A stretch of 27,207 bases of DNA, from positions 1 to 27,207 of IMG/VR virus record IMGVR_UViG_3300002171_000155; one strand, 5' to 3'. How positions within the stretch are numbered: position 1 is the first letter of the stretch; each line of letters starts with the position of its first letter. The position numbers and the translations under genes are program-made. Shown here piece after piece: positions 26,355 through 27,207 of this stretch. The notes under the pieces were generated by a model. That model did not search any database. It was not told the DNA's origin and saw only the letters and a list, made by a program, of their open reading frames with translations. This stretch comes from a virus (taxonomy: Duplodnaviria; Caudoviricetes).

Positions 26355-26645
26355 GGATACGGCAACGCGTCCCTTAAGTTCTGCATCGTCAAGATGGATG
26401 CGATACGTGCCCAAATAATCACGCTTTTAGCAAGTTACCCTGGTGCAAAATAGGACTCGATAGCCATTCCCGCCGCCATTGCTACGATAGGCAACAGAAG
26501 ATGAGCCCCTAACCGAATCAACAATGTATCACATTATATTTTGGTCAGTTGATGAAACAGCGTCCCCTGGCTTACCAAGTCGCCATGGAGCTCCCACACG
26601 CTGTTCATGCCAATATTGATTCGAGCGTGTTGTTAGCACAGCACG

Positions 26646-26690
26646 AATAAATGATCCAGGGGTCATTTATTGACCAACTGCTCATTTATT
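26646..26690. promoter_or_regulatory. Inverted repeat AATAAATGA-N8-TCATTTATT plus extra half-site, putative operator
   Basis: Perfect 9-bp arms at 26646-26654 and 26663-26671; third TCATTTATT at 26682-26690. Confidence 0.5.
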
Positions 26691-26734
26691 TTAATAAAAA
26701 CAATATGTTGATGCGAAAAATTCGCGCTTTTTCA

Positions 26735-26764
26735 TTGACAGCTTATCATCAACCACCTTATTTA
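26735..26764 (+). promoter_or_regulatory. Putative sigma70 early promoter for cro-xis
   Basis: Consensus -35 TTGACA at 26735-26740; imperfect -10 (TATTTA at 18-bp spacing), 7 nt before ATG 26772. Confidence 0.5.
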
Positions 26765-26771
26765 GTTGACC

Positions 26772-27011
26772 ATGAAGACTACCAAAAAGAAAACCACCCA
26801 GAAAGAAATCGCGAAGCAGGCTCACATCGGAGCTGATTTCCTGTCGCACATCATTTGCGGGGACCGTCGCTGTCCACCTAAAGTTGCACTTCGACTGGAG
26901 GAGGTGACCGGTATCAGCAAGGTAACCTGGGTCTGGGGCACTCCCGACGAGATCCGCAAAGCTGTCCATCAGGTATGCACACATGATACGAGACAATTCC
27001 GTAACGATTGA
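26772..27011 (+). CDS. Cro-like HTH regulator
   Basis: 'TQKEIAKQAHIGADFLSHIICGDRRCPPKVALRLEEVTGI'; 79 aa; divergent from the repressor. Confidence 0.85.
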   Translation: MKTTKKKTTQKEIAKQAHIGADFLSHIICGDRRCPPKVALRLEEVTGISKVTWVWGTPDEIRKAVHQVCTHDTRQFRND

Positions 27012-27207
27012 CGAGGCTGCCCAGCTGGTCAAGTGCAGCTATCACACTATTCACCGGGCGATCAAAAAGGGTGAGTTGGCTGCCTATAAGCCGGGGAAAA
27101 CGGTGCTGATTTTGGAGTCCGACCTGAATACCTGGTTCCAGAGCAAACGAATCCGAACGGTGAACGTTGGTAGACCACGCAGGAGAGTCGAGGTGGGCAA
27201 ACGATGA
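26983..27207 (+). CDS. Excisionase-family (HTH_17) DNA-binding protein
   Basis: 'VTIDEAAQLVKCSYHTIHRAIKKGELAAYKPGKTVLILESDLNTWF', basic C-terminus 'GRPRRR'. Confidence 0.88.
   Translation: MIRDNSVTIDEAAQLVKCSYHTIHRAIKKGELAAYKPGKTVLILESDLNTWFQSKRIRTVNVGRPRRRVEVGKR

Larger units (their letters stand above)
25050..27207. mobile_element. Immunity/early module of a phage-like integrative element (second element in tandem, or same phage if attP)
   Basis: Divergent repressor versus Cro-like and Xis-like genes next to a tRNA-fragment att core; AT-richer than the structural operon. Confidence 0.7.

Noticed and set aside
26352-26380. Canonical selenocysteine insertion at TGA 26352
   Set aside because: The hairpin loop lies too close to UGA for a typical bacterial SECIS and there is no redox-motif context; retained only as general readthrough in the findings.

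Overview
Almost the whole window is a temperate, long non-contractile-tailed (siphovirus-type) prophage on the + strand. From the left it has a truncated TOPRIM primase and small early genes, a ParB-fused DNA methyltransferase, a Nu1-like small terminase and a small Xis/AlpA-like HTH gene followed by a phased 10-bp repeat array. Next come a lambda GpA-type large terminase, lambda-type portal, protease, major capsid, head-tail and tail tube genes, a tail chaperone with a -1 frameshift site and a 1001-aa tape measure protein. A baseplate module resembling D3112/MP22-type Pseudomonas phages and a four-gene lysis cassette follow, ending at a bidirectional terminator. At 25000-25049 is the 3' half of a tRNA-Arg(CCT) on the - strand, an attachment-site core. 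Beyond it lies an AT-richer immunity module (repressor on -, Cro-like and Xis-like genes on +), with a Cys-rich gene inserted between repressor and cro. That module belongs either to a second element integrated in tandem or to the same phage if this is attP. No integrase, reverse transcriptase or CRISPR array is visible. The best candidates for undescribed biology are the HTH plus 10-bp array unit splitting terS from terL, the antisense membrane microprotein sharing a CATG with the tape measure start, the att junction, and the stop-interrupted repeat-bearing gene inside the genetic switch. All calls rest on motif recognition and gene order by eye; no database searches were run.
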